Shown: piece after piece, positions 1 through 12,354 of the stretch | Layout: the number at the start of each line of letters is the position of its first letter | Numbering within the stretch: position 1 is the first letter of the stretch | Assembly: GCF_044324875.1 (NCBI RefSeq) | Contig: NZ_CP172185.1 | Length of the DNA stretch: 64,000 nt | Reading direction: 5' to 3' (one strand) | DNA from: Escherichia coli | Lineage (GTDB): Bacteria; Pseudomonadota; Gammaproteobacteria; Enterobacterales; Enterobacteriaceae | Translations under genes and position numbers: made by a program | Notes under the pieces: model-generated | Database searches by the model: none | Seen by the model: only the letters and a program-made list of their open reading frames with translations | What the model was told of the DNA's origin: nothing

Positions 1-2
1 TT

Positions 3-392
3 TCACATTCTACGCTGCAAATCTTGCTGGTGAATCACATCAACCATGCCAATGAGGTAGATGAAACATTCCGTCAGGCGATGGCTAAGTTGCGCCGGGT
101 AGGCGTTACTTTGCTCAACCAGAGCGTTCTGTTACGTGGCGTGAACGATAGCGCACAAACGCTGGCAAACCTGAGTAATGCGTTGTTCGATGCCGGCGTG
201 ATGCCGTATTACCTGCATGTGCTCGATAAGGTACAGGGCGCGGCGCATTTTATGGTGAGTGATGACGAAGCACGGCAGATTATGCGTGAGTTGCTGACAC
301 TGGTGTCGGGATATCTGGTGCCTAAACTGGCGCGAGAAATTGGCGGCGAACCCAGCAAAACGCCGCTGGATCTCCAGCTACGCCAGCAGTAA
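3..392 (+). CDS. epmB: EpmB (EF-P beta-lysylation, lysine 2,3-aminomutase-like), C-terminal part; 5' end outside window
   Basis: ORF 24..392 continues an upstream open frame; position upstream of yjeJ-yjeI-groESL matches E. coli gene order. Confidence 0.7.
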   Translation, partial: SHSTLQILLVNHINHANEVDETFRQAMAKLRRVGVTLLNQSVLLRGVNDSAQTLANLSNALFDAGVMPYYLHVLDKVQGAAHFMVSDDEARQIMRELLTLVSGYLVPKLAREIGGEPSKTPLDLQLRQQ

Positions 393-626
393 CTGATTAA
401 ACAGGGAAGTTTAATCTTTGCACGTTGCATAACCTTTAATTATTCATATACATTGCTGTTATTACTTTTTATATAACCAACACCAATAATTAACCTTTCT
501 TTTCTGTTTATATAGAGTGAGCACGGCTATTTATGTTATTTTAACAACTATTACTACCAAGCCCATTTATCTGGCTTATAAATTAAAATTAATGATTTAA
601 TTGAGAAATGGTTAGGGAGAACCTAC

Positions 627-1496
627 ATGGCCATAAGCATCAAGGGTGTTAATACCGGTGTTATTCGCAAGAGTAATAATTTCATTGCACTGGCGCTGAA
701 AATTAAAGAGCCTCGCAATAAAGAATCGTTGTTCTTTCTGTCTGTCATGGAACTGCGCGACCTTCTGATTGCGCTGGAAAGCCGTCTGCATCAAAAGCAT
801 AAACTGGATGCTGCTGCACGCCTTCAGTATGAGCAAGCTCGCGATAAAGTCATTAAGAAAATGGCAGAAAATATCCCAGAAATTCTGGTTGATGAGCTTA
901 AAAATGCCGATATTAATCGTCGGGTTAACACGCTGGAACTTACCGATAATCAGGGTGAAAATCTTACCTTCGTATTAACGCTACATGACGGTAGCAAATG
1001 TGAGTTAGTCATCAATGAATTGCAGATTGAAATGCTGGCGCGAGCAATCATTCATGCAATTAATAATGCGGAAATGCGTGAACTGGCATTACGTATTACC
1101 TCACTGTTAGATTTCCTGCCGTTATACGACGTTGACTGCCAGGACAATGGCAATCTGGAATATGACACCTATTCCCAACCGGAATGGAAACATAACTTGT
1201 TCAACCATTATCTGGCGGTGCTTTACCGCTTTAAAGATGAAAGTGGCAAAGAACAATTTAGCGGCGCAGTGGTGAAAACGCGTGAAGCAACGCCGGGTAA
1301 AGAAGTGGAGGCGATCACCCGCCGAATGCTTGATTTCAGCCCCCGACTGAAAAAACTCGCGGGTGTGCCATGTCAGGTCTATGTTCGCACCGTAGCGGCA
1401 AATAACGCCCAACCGCTAACCCAGGATCAATGCTTACGCGCGCTGCATCACTTACGTGTTCAATCCACCAGCAAAACTGCACCACAGGCGAAATAA
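627..1496 (+). CDS. yjeJ: Conserved protein YjeJ, function unknown
   Basis: 289-aa ORF; position between epmB and yjeI/groEL as in E. coli. Confidence 0.6.
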   Translation: MAISIKGVNTGVIRKSNNFIALALKIKEPRNKESLFFLSVMELRDLLIALESRLHQKHKLDAAARLQYEQARDKVIKKMAENIPEILVDELKNADINRRVNTLELTDNQGENLTFVLTLHDGSKCELVINELQIEMLARAIIHAINNAEMRELALRITSLLDFLPLYDVDCQDNGNLEYDTYSQPEWKHNLFNHYLAVLYRFKDESGKEQFSGAVVKTREATPGKEVEAITRRMLDFSPRLKKLAGVPCQVYVRTVAANNAQPLTQDQCLRALHHLRVQSTSKTAPQAK

Positions 1497-1545
1497 TCCC
1501 ATCTGTTTTACTACGAGGCTGGAAGTATCCAGCCTCTGGATCCCA

Positions 1546-1899
1546 TCAGTTCGGGCACTTATATACCTGGCCGATAATCTGGCTATCCGTCGGGACAAAA
1601 CTGGACAACATCCCCTGCGACGGGCTGCTGATGCCATAAATCACGTTACCGCCCATTGCAGCCGCCTGGTTGCGCAGATCGTTTGCTGCGCCGCGCATAG
1701 AACCGCCCTCTTCACCGTGTTGCCCGGAAAGCCAGTTGCTTTGCTTACCTGTCGCAGTACCAATCAGCTGGCACTCTGCGCCTGGCTGCTCGTCCACAAT
1801 GCGTACACTCTGACCGGCAGCACTCAATTCGTTGCTGGAGCTACAACCCGCCATCAGTAGCGCGGCACCGACAATCCCTGCTAAGTATTTTACGTGCAT
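1546..1899 (-). CDS. yjeI: Small lipoprotein YjeI (DUF4156-like)
   Basis: ORF 1546..1932; likely start at internal Met giving MHVKYLAGIVGAALLMAGCSS with lipobox LMAGC. Confidence 0.6.
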   Translation of the reverse strand: MHVKYLAGIVGAALLMAGCSSSNELSAAGQSVRIVDEQPGAECQLIGTATGKQSNWLSGQHGEEGGSMRGAANDLRNQAAAMGGNVIYGISSPSQGMLSSFVPTDSQIIGQVYKCPN

Positions 1900-1973
1900 G
1901 TTATTCCCCATAATCAATGAGCTGGACGCCACTCGCGTCGTCCGTGTCTGAATCTTATACTAGAAAGATGACC

Positions 1974-2010
1974 AAAAGAAAAACCCCCAGACATTTCTGC
2001 CCGGGGGTTT
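1974..2010 (-). terminator. GC-rich dyad plus T-run downstream of groEL stop (candidate intrinsic terminator)
   Basis: CCCCCAG...CCGGGGG dyad followed on minus strand by T-rich run, just after groEL stop. Confidence 0.4.
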
Positions 2011-2036
2011 GTTTATTTCTGCGAGGTGCAGGGCAA

Positions 2037-3695
<1,659 letters not shown>

Positions 3696-3726
3696 TTAAA
3701 TTCGTATGTTCAGTGTCGTGCGCGGA

Positions 3727-4071
<345 letters not shown>

Positions 4072-4097
4072 TTACGTGGTTTCCCGGCTGGTGACCA

Positions 4098-4131
4098 GAG
4101 AAATGGGGATGAGGCTTCGCCCCTTCAAGGG
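4098..4131 (-). promoter_or_regulatory. Heat-shock sigma32-type promoter of groES-groEL
   Basis: On minus strand CTTGAA (-35-like), ~14-nt spacer, CCCCATTTC (-10-like), matching sigma32 consensus TTGAAA/CCCCATNT; located upstream of groES start. Confidence 0.6.
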
Positions 4132-4295
4132 GGAAAAAGAAAAAAAATCCTGATCAGCACAAAATCGGGTGAAAACCCTGATTCACCTCACATTTCATCG
4201 CAATTTCTTCATCACCGGCATAAGCGAATCTGATTGTGCTACCATCGAAAATCTACGCAGTTGCCCATAATTTGGGCGCAATCGGACATCAACCC

Positions 4296-5552
4296 ATGAG
4301 TGGACTCAAACAAGAACTGGGGCTGGCACAGGGCATTGGCCTGCTATCGACGTCATTATTAGGCACCGGCGTGTTTGCCGTTCCTGCGTTAGCTGCACTG
4401 GTAGCAGGCAATAACAGCCTGTGGGCGTGGCCCGTTTTGATTATCTTAGTGTTCCCGATTGCGATTGTGTTTGCGATTCTGGGTCGCCACTATCCCAGCG
4501 CAGGCGGCGTCGCGCACTTCGTCGGTATGGCGTTTGGTTCGCGGCTTGAGCGAGTCACCGGCTGGCTGTTTTTATCAGTCATTCCCGTGGGTTTGCCTGC
4601 CGCACTACAAATTGCAGCCGGATTCGGCCAGGCAATGTTTGGCTGGCATAGCTGGCAACTGTTGTTGGCAGAACTCGGTACGCTGGCGCTGGTGTGGTAT
4701 ATCGGTACTCGCGGTGCTAGTTCCAGTGCTAATCTACAAACAGTTATTGCCGGACTTATCGTCGCGCTGATTGTCGCTATCTGGTGGGCGGGCGATATCA
4801 AACCTGCGAATATCCCCTTCCCTGCACCTGGTAATATCGAACTTACCGGGTTATTTGCTGCGTTATCAGTGATGTTCTGGTGCTTTGTCGGTCTGGAGGC
4901 ATTTGCCCATCTTGCCTCGGAATTTAAAAATCCAGAGCGTGATTTTCCTCGTGCTTTGATGATTGGTCTGCTGCTGGCAGGATTAGTCTACTGGGGCTGT
5001 ACGGTAGTCGTCTTACACTTCGACGCCTATGGTGAACAAATGGCGGCAGCAGCATCGCTTCCAAAAATTGTAGTGCAACTGTTCGGTGTAGGAGCGTTAT
5101 GGATTGCCTGCGTGATTGGCTATCTGGCCTGCTTTGCCAGTCTCAACATTTATATACAGAGCTTCGCCCGCCTGGTCTGGTCGCAGGCGCAACATAATCC
5201 TGACCACTACCTGGCACGCCTCTCTTCTCGTCATATCCCGAATAATGCCCTCAATGCGGTGCTCGGCTGCTGCGTGGTGAGCACGTTGGTGATTCATGCT
5301 TTAGGGATCAATCTGGACGCACTTATCATCTATGCCAATGGCATCTTTATTATGATTTATCTGTTATGCATGCTGGCAGGCTGTAAATTATTGCAAGGTC
5401 GTTATCGACTACTGGCGGTGGTTGGCGGGCTGTTATGCGTTCTGTTACTGGCAATGGTCGGCTGGAAAAGTCTCTATGCGCTGATCATGCTGGCGGGGTT
5501 ATGGCTGTTTCTGCCAAAACGAAAAACGCCGGAAAATGGCATAACCACATAA
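4296..5552 (+). CDS. yjeH: APC-family amino-acid exporter YjeH
   Basis: ORF 4236..5552; start taken at MSGLKQELGLAQGIGLLSTSLLGTGVFAV giving ~418 aa polytopic membrane protein; synteny. Confidence 0.8.
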   Translation: MSGLKQELGLAQGIGLLSTSLLGTGVFAVPALAALVAGNNSLWAWPVLIILVFPIAIVFAILGRHYPSAGGVAHFVGMAFGSRLERVTGWLFLSVIPVGLPAALQIAAGFGQAMFGWHSWQLLLAELGTLALVWYIGTRGASSSANLQTVIAGLIVALIVAIWWAGDIKPANIPFPAPGNIELTGLFAALSVMFWCFVGLEAFAHLASEFKNPERDFPRALMIGLLLAGLVYWGCTVVVLHFDAYGEQMAAAASLPKIVVQLFGVGALWIACVIGYLACFASLNIYIQSFARLVWSQAQHNPDHYLARLSSRHIPNNALNAVLGCCVVSTLVIHALGINLDALIIYANGIFIMIYLLCMLAGCKLLQGRYRLLAVVGGLLCVLLLAMVGWKSLYALIMLAGLWLFLPKRKTPENGITT

Positions 5553-5567
5553 TCCGGCGTTTTGGCA

Positions 5568-6044
5568 TTAATCCTGGCGATCGTCTTTATGATCAAGGCG
5601 GTCGCGGTCATCATCCTTTCGCTGGTACTCACCATCAAAAGTATTACCGCCACCGGTCCCGGCGCTAAAACCGCCGCCTGGCATGCGAGAAAAGCGCAAA
5701 TGCGGCATCAACTTCACTGTCAGATGCTTTTGCACCGGCGGTAATAAAAGCAGAAGACCGAGGAAGTCGGTGAAAAAGCCCGGTAATAAAAGCAGCAAAC
5801 CGGCAATGATCAGCGAAACACTTTTAATCATCTCCGCCGCTGGGTTTTCACCTGCCGCCATTTTTTGCTGCATCAGCACGAAATTCTTAAAGCCCTGGTT
5901 GCGTACCAGTGACATACCGATAACTGACGTGAATATAACCAGCACGAGGGTCAGCAATACCCCCAATACATGGGCAACCTGAATAAAGATTGAAATCTCA
6001 ATATAGACATAAAGGAAAATGGCAATAAAAGGTAACCAGCGCAA
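5568..6044 (-). CDS. fxsA: Inner membrane protein FxsA
   Basis: 158 aa, N-terminal TM helices and acidic C-terminal tail; position between yjeH and aspA. Confidence 0.75.
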   Translation of the reverse strand: MRWLPFIAIFLYVYIEISIFIQVAHVLGVLLTLVLVIFTSVIGMSLVRNQGFKNFVLMQQKMAAGENPAAEMIKSVSLIIAGLLLLLPGFFTDFLGLLLLLPPVQKHLTVKLMPHLRFSRMPGGGFSAGTGGGNTFDGEYQRKDDDRDRLDHKDDRQD

Positions 6045-6177
6045 AGGTTTCTCCTGTAATAGCAGCCGGTTAACCCCGGCTACCTGAATGGGTTGCGAAT
6101 CGCGTTCAGCTTATATTGTGGTCATTAGCAAAATTTCAAGATGTTTGCGCAACTATTTTTGGTAGTAATCCCAAAGC

Positions 6178-6193
6178 GGTGATCTATTTCACA
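6178..6193. promoter_or_regulatory. Candidate CRP-type binding site upstream of aspA
   Basis: GGTGAtctattTCACA matches TGTGA-N6-TCACA with one mismatch, ~190 bp upstream of aspA start. Confidence 0.3.
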
Positions 6194-6380
6194 AATTAAT
6201 AATTAAGGGGTAAAAACCGGCACTTAAAGTGATCCAGATTACGGTAGAAATCCTCAAGCAGCATATGATCTCGGGTATTCGGTCGATGCAGGGGATAATC
6301 GTCGGTCGAAAAACATTCGAAACCACATATATTCTGTGTGTTTAAAGCAAATCATTGGCAGCTTGAAAAAGAAGGTTCAC

Positions 6381-7817
6381 ATGTCAAACAACATTCGTAT
6401 CGAAGAAGATCTGTTGGGTACCAGGGAAGTTCCAGCTGATGCCTACTATGGTGTTCACACTCTGAGAGCGATTGAAAACTTCTATATCAGCAACAACAAA
6501 ATCAGTGATATTCCTGAATTTGTTCGCGGTATGGTAATGGTTAAAAAAGCCGCAGCTATGGCAAACAAAGAGCTGCAAACCATTCCTAAAAGTGTAGCGA
6601 ATGCCATCATTGCCGCATGTGATGAAGTCCTGAACAACGGAAAATGCATGGATCAGTTCCCGGTAGACGTCTACCAGGGCGGCGCAGGTACTTCCGTAAA
6701 CATGAACACCAACGAAGTGCTGGCCAATATCGGTCTGGAACTGATGGGTCACCAGAAAGGTGAATATCAGTACCTGAACCCGAACGACCATGTTAACAAA
6801 TGTCAGTCCACTAACGACGCCTACCCGACCGGTTTCCGTATCGCAGTTTACTCTTCCCTGATTAAGCTGGTAGATGCGATTAACCAACTGCGTGAAGGCT
6901 TTGAACGTAAAGCTGTCGAATTCCAGGACATCCTGAAAATGGGTCGTACCCAGCTGCAGGACGCAGTACCGATGACCCTCGGTCAGGAATTCCGCGCTTT
7001 CAGCATCCTGCTGAAAGAAGAAGTGAAAAACATCCAACGTACCGCTGAACTGCTGCTGGAAGTTAACCTTGGCGCAACAGCAATCGGTACTGGTCTGAAC
7101 ACGCCGAAAGAGTACTCTCCGCTGGCAGTGAAAAAACTGGCTGAAGTCACTGGCTTCCCATGCGTACCGGCTGAAGACCTGATCGAAGCGACCTCTGACT
7201 GCGGCGCTTATGTAATGGTTCACGGCGCGCTGAAACGCCTGGCTGTGAAGATGTCCAAAATCTGTAACGACCTGCGCTTGCTCTCTTCTGGCCCACGTGC
7301 CGGCCTGAACGAGATCAACCTGCCGGAACTGCAGGCGGGCTCTTCCATCATGCCAGCTAAAGTAAACCCGGTTGTTCCGGAAGTGGTTAACCAGGTATGC
7401 TTCAAAGTCATCGGTAACGACACCACTGTTACCATGGCAGCAGAAGCAGGTCAGCTGCAGTTGAACGTTATGGAGCCGGTCATTGGCCAGGCCATGTTTG
7501 AATCCGTTCACATTCTGACCAACGCTTGCTACAACCTGCTGGAAAAATGCATTAACGGCATCACTGCTAACAAAGAAGTGTGCGAAGGTTACGTTTACAA
7601 CTCTATCGGTATCGTTACTTACTTGAACCCGTTCATCGGTCACCACAACGGTGACATCGTGGGTAAAATCTGTGCCGAAACCGGTAAGAGTGTACGTGAA
7701 GTCGTTCTGGAACGCGGTCTGTTGACTGAAGCGGAACTTGACGATATTTTCTCCGTACAGAATCTGATGCACCCGGCTTACAAAGCAAAACGCTATACTG
7801 ATGAAAGCGAACAGTAA
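6381..7817 (+). CDS. aspA: Aspartate ammonia-lyase
   Basis: ORF 6336..7817; start at [30 protein letters not shown]; fumarase/aspartase family signature [11 protein letters not shown]. Confidence 0.95.
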
Positions 7818-7842
7818 TCGTACAGGGTAGTACAAATAGAGA

Positions 7843-7870
7843 AGGCACGTCAGATGACGTGCCTTTTTTC
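7843..7870 (+). terminator. Intrinsic terminator after aspA
   Basis: AGGCACGTC-agat-GACGTGCCT stem-loop followed by TTTTTT. Confidence 0.6.
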
Positions 7871-7934
7871 TTGTGAGCAGTAACTTAAAAATAACAATCT
7901 AATATCAACTTGTTAAAAAACAAGGAAGGCTAAT

Positions 7935-9236
7935 ATGCTAGTTGTAGAACTCATCATAGTTTTGCTGGCGATCTTCTTGGGCGCCAGATTGGGGGGAATA
8001 GGTATTGGTTTTGCAGGCGGATTGGGGGTGCTGGTTCTTGCCGCTATTGGCGTTAAACCCGGTAACATCCCGTTCGATGTCATTTCCATTATCATGGCGG
8101 TTATCGCCGCTATTTCTGCCATGCAGGTTGCTGGCGGTCTGGACTATCTGGTTCATCAGACAGAAAAGCTGCTGCGCCGTAACCCGAAATACATCACGAT
8201 CCTCGCACCGATCGTGACCTATTTCCTGACAATCTTTGCTGGTACTGGCAACATCTCTCTGGCGACACTGCCAGTTATCGCTGAAGTTGCGAAGGAACAA
8301 GGCGTTAAACCTTGCCGTCCGCTGTCTACTGCAGTGGTATCCGCGCAGATTGCGATCACCGCATCGCCAATCTCAGCAGCAGTGGTTTACATGTCTTCCG
8401 TGATGGAAGGTCATGGCATCAGCTACCTCCATCTGCTCTCCGTGGTCATCCCGTCCACCCTGCTGGCGGTTCTGGTGATGTCCTTCCTGGTCACTATGCT
8501 GTTCAACTCCAAACTCTCTGACGATCCGATTTATCGCAAGCGTCTGGAAGAAGGCCTGGTTGAACTGCGCGGTGAAAAGCAGATTGAAATCAAATCCGGT
8601 GCAAAAACGTCCGTCTGGCTATTCCTGCTGGGCGTAGTTGGCGTGGTTATCTATGCAATCATCAACAGCCCAAGCATGGGTCTGGTTGAAAAACCGCTGA
8701 TGAACACCACCAACGCAATCCTGATCATCATGCTCAGCGTTGCAACTCTGACCACCGTTATCTGTAAAGTCGATACCGACAACATCCTCAACTCCAGCAC
8801 CTTCAAAGCAGGTATGAGCGCCTGTATTTGTATCCTGGGTGTTGCGTGGCTGGGCGATACTTTCGTTTCCAACAACATCGACTGGATCAAAGATACCGCT
8901 GGTGAAGTGATTCAGGGTCATCCGTGGCTGCTGGCCGTCATCTTCTTCTTTGCTTCTGCTCTGCTGTACTCTCAGGCTGCAACCGCAAAAGCACTGATGC
9001 CGATGGCTCTGGCACTGAACGTTTCTCCGCTGACCGCTGTTGCTTCTTTCGCTGCGGTGTCTGGTCTGTTCATTCTGCCGACCTACCCGACGCTGGTTGC
9101 TGCGGTACAGATGGATGACACGGGTACTACCCGTATCGGTAAATTCGTCTTCAACCATCCGTTCTTCATCCCGGGTACTCTGGGTGTTGCCCTGGCCGTT
9201 TGCTTCGGCTTCGTGCTGGGTAGCTTCATGCTGTAA
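7935..9236 (+). CDS. dcuA: Anaerobic C4-dicarboxylate transporter DcuA
   Basis: 433 aa polytopic membrane protein; directly downstream of aspA as in E. coli. Confidence 0.9.
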   Translation: MLVVELIIVLLAIFLGARLGGIGIGFAGGLGVLVLAAIGVKPGNIPFDVISIIMAVIAAISAMQVAGGLDYLVHQTEKLLRRNPKYITILAPIVTYFLTIFAGTGNISLATLPVIAEVAKEQGVKPCRPLSTAVVSAQIAITASPISAAVVYMSSVMEGHGISYLHLLSVVIPSTLLAVLVMSFLVTMLFNSKLSDDPIYRKRLEEGLVELRGEKQIEIKSGAKTSVWLFLLGVVGVVIYAIINSPSMGLVEKPLMNTTNAILIIMLSVATLTTVICKVDTDNILNSSTFKAGMSACICILGVAWLGDTFVSNNIDWIKDTAGEVIQGHPWLLAVIFFFASALLYSQAATAKALMPMALALNVSPLTAVASFAAVSGLFILPTYPTLVAAVQMDDTGTTRIGKFVFNHPFFIPGTLGVALAVCFGFVLGSFML

Positions 9237-9244
9237 TGACCAAT

Positions 9245-9271
9245 CGCGGGGCGTTCACGCCCCGCTTTCTT
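9245..9271 (+). terminator. Intrinsic terminator after dcuA
   Basis: GCGGGGCG-ttca-CGCCCCGC hairpin followed by TTTCTTT. Confidence 0.55.
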
Positions 9272-9351
9272 TCCCGCCGACTAACATCCTTCCCCCGTCC
9301 GTTGTATAGTGACCTCTCTCTTGCGGTTCCATCTGTTCTTGCGAGGTGTTT

Positions 9352-9690
9352 ATGCTTGATGAAAAAAGTTCGAATACCGCGTCTGTCGTGGTGCTATGTA
9401 CGGCACCGGATGAAGCGACAGCCCAGGATTTAGCCGCCAAAGTGCTGGCGGAAAAACTGGCGGCCTGCGCGACCTTGATCCCCGGCGCTACCTCTCTCTA
9501 TTACTGGGAAGGTAAGCTGGAGCAAGAATACGAAGTGCAGATGATTTTAAAAACTACCGTATCTCTCCAGCAGGCACTGCTGGAATGCCTGAAGTCTCAT
9601 CATCCATATCAAACCCCGGAACTTCTGGTTTTACCTGTTACACACGGAGACACAGATTACCTCTCATGGCTCAACGCATCTTTACGCTGA
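9352..9690 (+). CDS. cutA: Divalent-cation tolerance protein CutA
   Basis: ORF 9346..9690; [55 protein letters not shown]; overlaps dsbD start. Confidence 0.85.
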   Translation: MLDEKSSNTASVVVLCTAPDEATAQDLAAKVLAEKLAACATLIPGATSLYYWEGKLEQEYEVQMILKTTVSLQQALLECLKSHHPYQTPELLVLPVTHGDTDYLSWLNASLR

Positions 9691-11363
9691 TCCTGCTACT
9701 TTGCAGCACTTCCGTTTTTGCCGGATTATTCGACGCGCCGGGACGTTCACAATTTGTCCCCGCGGATCAAGCCTTTGCTTTTGATTTTCAGCAAAACCAA
9801 CATGACCTGAATCTGACCTGGCAGATCAAAGACGGTTACTACCTCTACCGTAAACAGATCCGCATTACGCCGGAACACGCGAAAATTGCCGACGTGCAGC
9901 TGCCGCAAGGCGTCTGGCATGAAGATGAGTTTTACGGCAAAAGCGAGATTTACCGCGATCGGCTGACGCTTCCCGTAGCCATCAACCAGGCGAGTGCGGG
10001 AGCGACGTTAACTGTCACCTACCAGGGCTGTGCTGATGCCGGTTTCTGTTATCCGCCAGAAACCAAAACCGTTCCGTTAAGCGAAGTGGTCGCCAACAAC
10101 GAAGCGTCACAGCCTGTGTCTGTTCCACAGCAAGAGCAGTCCACCGCGCAATTGCCCTTTTCCGCGCTCTGGGCGTTGTTGATCGGTATTGGTATCGCCT
10201 TTACGCCATGCGTGCTGCCAATGTACCCACTGATTTCTGGCATCGTGCTGGGTGGTAAACAGCGGCTCTCCACTGCCAGAGCATTGTTGCTGACCTTTAT
10301 TTATGTGCAGGGGATGGCGCTGACTTACACGGCACTGGGTCTGGTGGTTGCCGCCGCAGGGTTACAGTTCCAGGCGGCGCTACAGCACCCATACGTACTC
10401 ATTGGCCTCGCTATCGTCTTTACCTTGCTGGCGATGTCAATGTTTGGCTTGTTTACTCTGCAACTCCCCTCTTCGCTGCAAACACGTCTCACGCTGATGA
10501 GCAATCGCCAACAGGGCGGCTCACCTGGCGGTGTGTTTGTTATGGGGGCGATTGCCGGACTGATCTGTTCACCATGCACCACCGCACCGCTTAGCGCGAT
10601 TCTGCTGTATATCGCCCAAAGCGGGAACATGTTGCTGGGGGGCGGCACGCTTTATCTCTATGCGTTGGGCATGGGCCTGCCGCTGATGCTAATAACCGTC
10701 TTTGGTAACCGCCTGCTGCCGAAAAGCGGCCCGTGGATGGAACAAGTCAAAACCGCGTTTGGTTTTGTGATCCTCGCACTGCCGGTCTTCCTGCTGGAGC
10801 GAGTGATTGGTGATATATGGGGATTACGCTTGTGGTCGGCGCTTGGTGTCGCATTCTTTGGCTGGGCCTTTATCACCAGCCTACAGGCCAAACGCGGCTG
10901 GATGCGCGTGGTGCAAATAATCCTGCTGGCAGCAGCATTGGTTAGCGTGCGCCCACTTCAGGATTGGGCATTTGGTGCGACGCATACCGCGCAAACTCAG
11001 ACGCATCTCAACTTTACACAAATCAAAACGGTAGATGAGTTAAATCAGGCGCTCGTTGAAGCCAAAGGCAAACCGGTGATGTTAGATCTCTATGCCGACT
11101 GGTGCGTCGCCTGTAAAGAGTTTGAGAAATACACCTTCAGCGACCCGCAGGTGCAAAAAGCGTTAGCAGACACGGTATTACTTCAGGCCAACGTCACTGC
11201 CAACGACGCACAAGATGTGGCGCTGTTAAAGCATCTTAATGTCCTTGGCCTACCGACAATTCTCTTTTTTGACGGACAAGGCCAGGAGCATCCACAAGCA
11301 CGCGTCACGGGCTTTATGGATGCTGAAACCTTCAGCGCACATTTGCGCGATCGCCAACCGTGA
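9666..11363 (+). CDS. dsbD: Thiol:disulfide interchange protein DsbD
   Basis: ORF 9585..11363, start at [19 protein letters not shown] (signal peptide); central TM domain with Cys pairs; C-terminal thioredoxin-like CVAC motif. Confidence 0.9.
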   Translation: MAQRIFTLILLLCSTSVFAGLFDAPGRSQFVPADQAFAFDFQQNQHDLNLTWQIKDGYYLYRKQIRITPEHAKIADVQLPQGVWHEDEFYGKSEIYRDRLTLPVAINQASAGATLTVTYQGCADAGFCYPPETKTVPLSEVVANNEASQPVSVPQQEQSTAQLPFSALWALLIGIGIAFTPCVLPMYPLISGIVLGGKQRLSTARALLLTFIYVQGMALTYTALGLVVAAAGLQFQAALQHPYVLIGLAIVFTLLAMSMFGLFTLQLPSSLQTRLTLMSNRQQGGSPGGVFVMGAIAGLICSPCTTAPLSAILLYIAQSGNMLLGGGTLYLYALGMGLPLMLITVFGNRLLPKSGPWMEQVKTAFGFVILALPVFLLERVIGDIWGLRLWSALGVAFFGWAFITSLQAKRGWMRVVQIILLAAALVSVRPLQDWAFGATHTAQTQTHLNFTQIKTVDELNQALVEAKGKPVMLDLYADWCVACKEFEKYTFSDPQVQKALADTVLLQANVTANDAQDVALLKHLNVLGLPTILFFDGQGQEHPQARVTGFMDAETFSAHLRDRQP

Positions 11364-11375
11364 ACGACACTTGCA

Positions 11376-11975
11376 GTGGGAAAGACGGAGGAAAATAGCG
11401 TGCAACGTGAAGATGTACTGGGAGAAGCCCTGAAATTATTAGAATTACAAGGGATTGCCAACACCACGCTGGAGATGGTTGCTGAACGTGTGGATTATCC
11501 ACTGGACGAGCTGCGCCGCTTCTGGCCAGACAAAGAGGCAATCCTCTACGATGCGCTGCGTTATCTTAGCCAACAGATAGATGTCTGGCGTCGTCAGCTG
11601 ATGCTGGACGAAACGCAAACCGCCGAACAAAAGCTGCTGGCACGTTATCAGGCGTTATCGGAGTGCGTTAAAAACAACCGCTATCCGGGCTGTCTGTTTA
11701 TCGCTGCCTGTACGTTTTATCCCGATCCTGGCCACCCTATTCATCAACTGGCCGATCAGCAAAAAAGCGCGGCCTACGATTTCACCCACGAACTGTTAAC
11801 CACGCTGGAAGTTGACGATCCGGCGATGGTAGCAAAGCAGATGGAACTGGTGCTGGAAGGCTGTTTAAGCCGAATGCTGGTGAATCGCAGCCAGGCGGAT
11901 GTCGACACCGCACATCGGCTGGCAGAAGATATCCTGCGCTTCGCTCGCTGCCGCCAGGGTGGCGCACTGACCTGA
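11376..11975 (+). CDS. yjdC: TetR-family transcriptional regulator YjdC
   Basis: N-terminal HTH-like segment ([36 protein letters not shown]); last core gene before tRNA-Phe; true start may be the internal GTG at ~11400. Confidence 0.7.
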
Positions 11976-12081
11976 CAGAAACACAGAAAAGAAGCGATTT
12001 GCCGCAATCTTAAGCAGTTGAATCGCTTTTACTGAAATTAGGTTGACGAGATGTGCAGATTACGGTTTAATGCGCCCCGTT

Positions 12082-12157
12082 GCCCGGATAGCTCAGTCGG
12101 TAGAGCAGGGGATTGAAAATCCCCGTGTCCTTGGTTCGATTCCGAGTCCGGGCACCA
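12082..12157 (+). tRNA. pheU: tRNA-Phe (anticodon GAA)
   Basis: GCCCGGATAGCTCAGTCGGTAGAGCAGGGGATTGAAAATCCCCGTGTCCTTGGTTCGATTCCGAGTCCGGGCACCA; cloverleaf with GAA anticodon loop; pheU assigned from yjdC neighbourhood (sequence identical to pheV). Confidence 0.95.
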
Positions 12158-12168
12158 AATTCATATAA

Positions 12169-12195
12169 ACGGACCTCCACGGAGGTCCGTTTTTC
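12169..12195 (+). terminator. Hairpin plus T-run after tRNA-Phe
   Basis: GGACCTCCAC/GGAGGTCC inverted repeat followed by TTTTT. Confidence 0.5.
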
Positions 12196-12354
12196 GTTTC
12201 AGGACGCCACGATTTAAGCGTCCTGCCGCCAAATCAATTCTACCGAACTCAACCAGACTCCCCCCACATCAACCCCATTGTGTGGGTATAATTGCGGGTA
12301 TACCCCAGTTCGACAGAATTTGTACCCTCTTTAACGCATTCAGAAGGCTGAACT

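Noticed and set aside
6384-7835. 483-aa ORF on minus strand
   Set aside because: Antisense shadow of aspA; low-complexity translation with no family resemblance
8619-9158. 179-aa minus-strand ORF
   Set aside because: Antisense to dcuA
12082-12157. Assignment of the tRNA as pheV rather than pheU
   Set aside because: The two tRNA-Phe genes are identical in sequence; upstream neighbours dsbD-yjdC indicate the pheU locus
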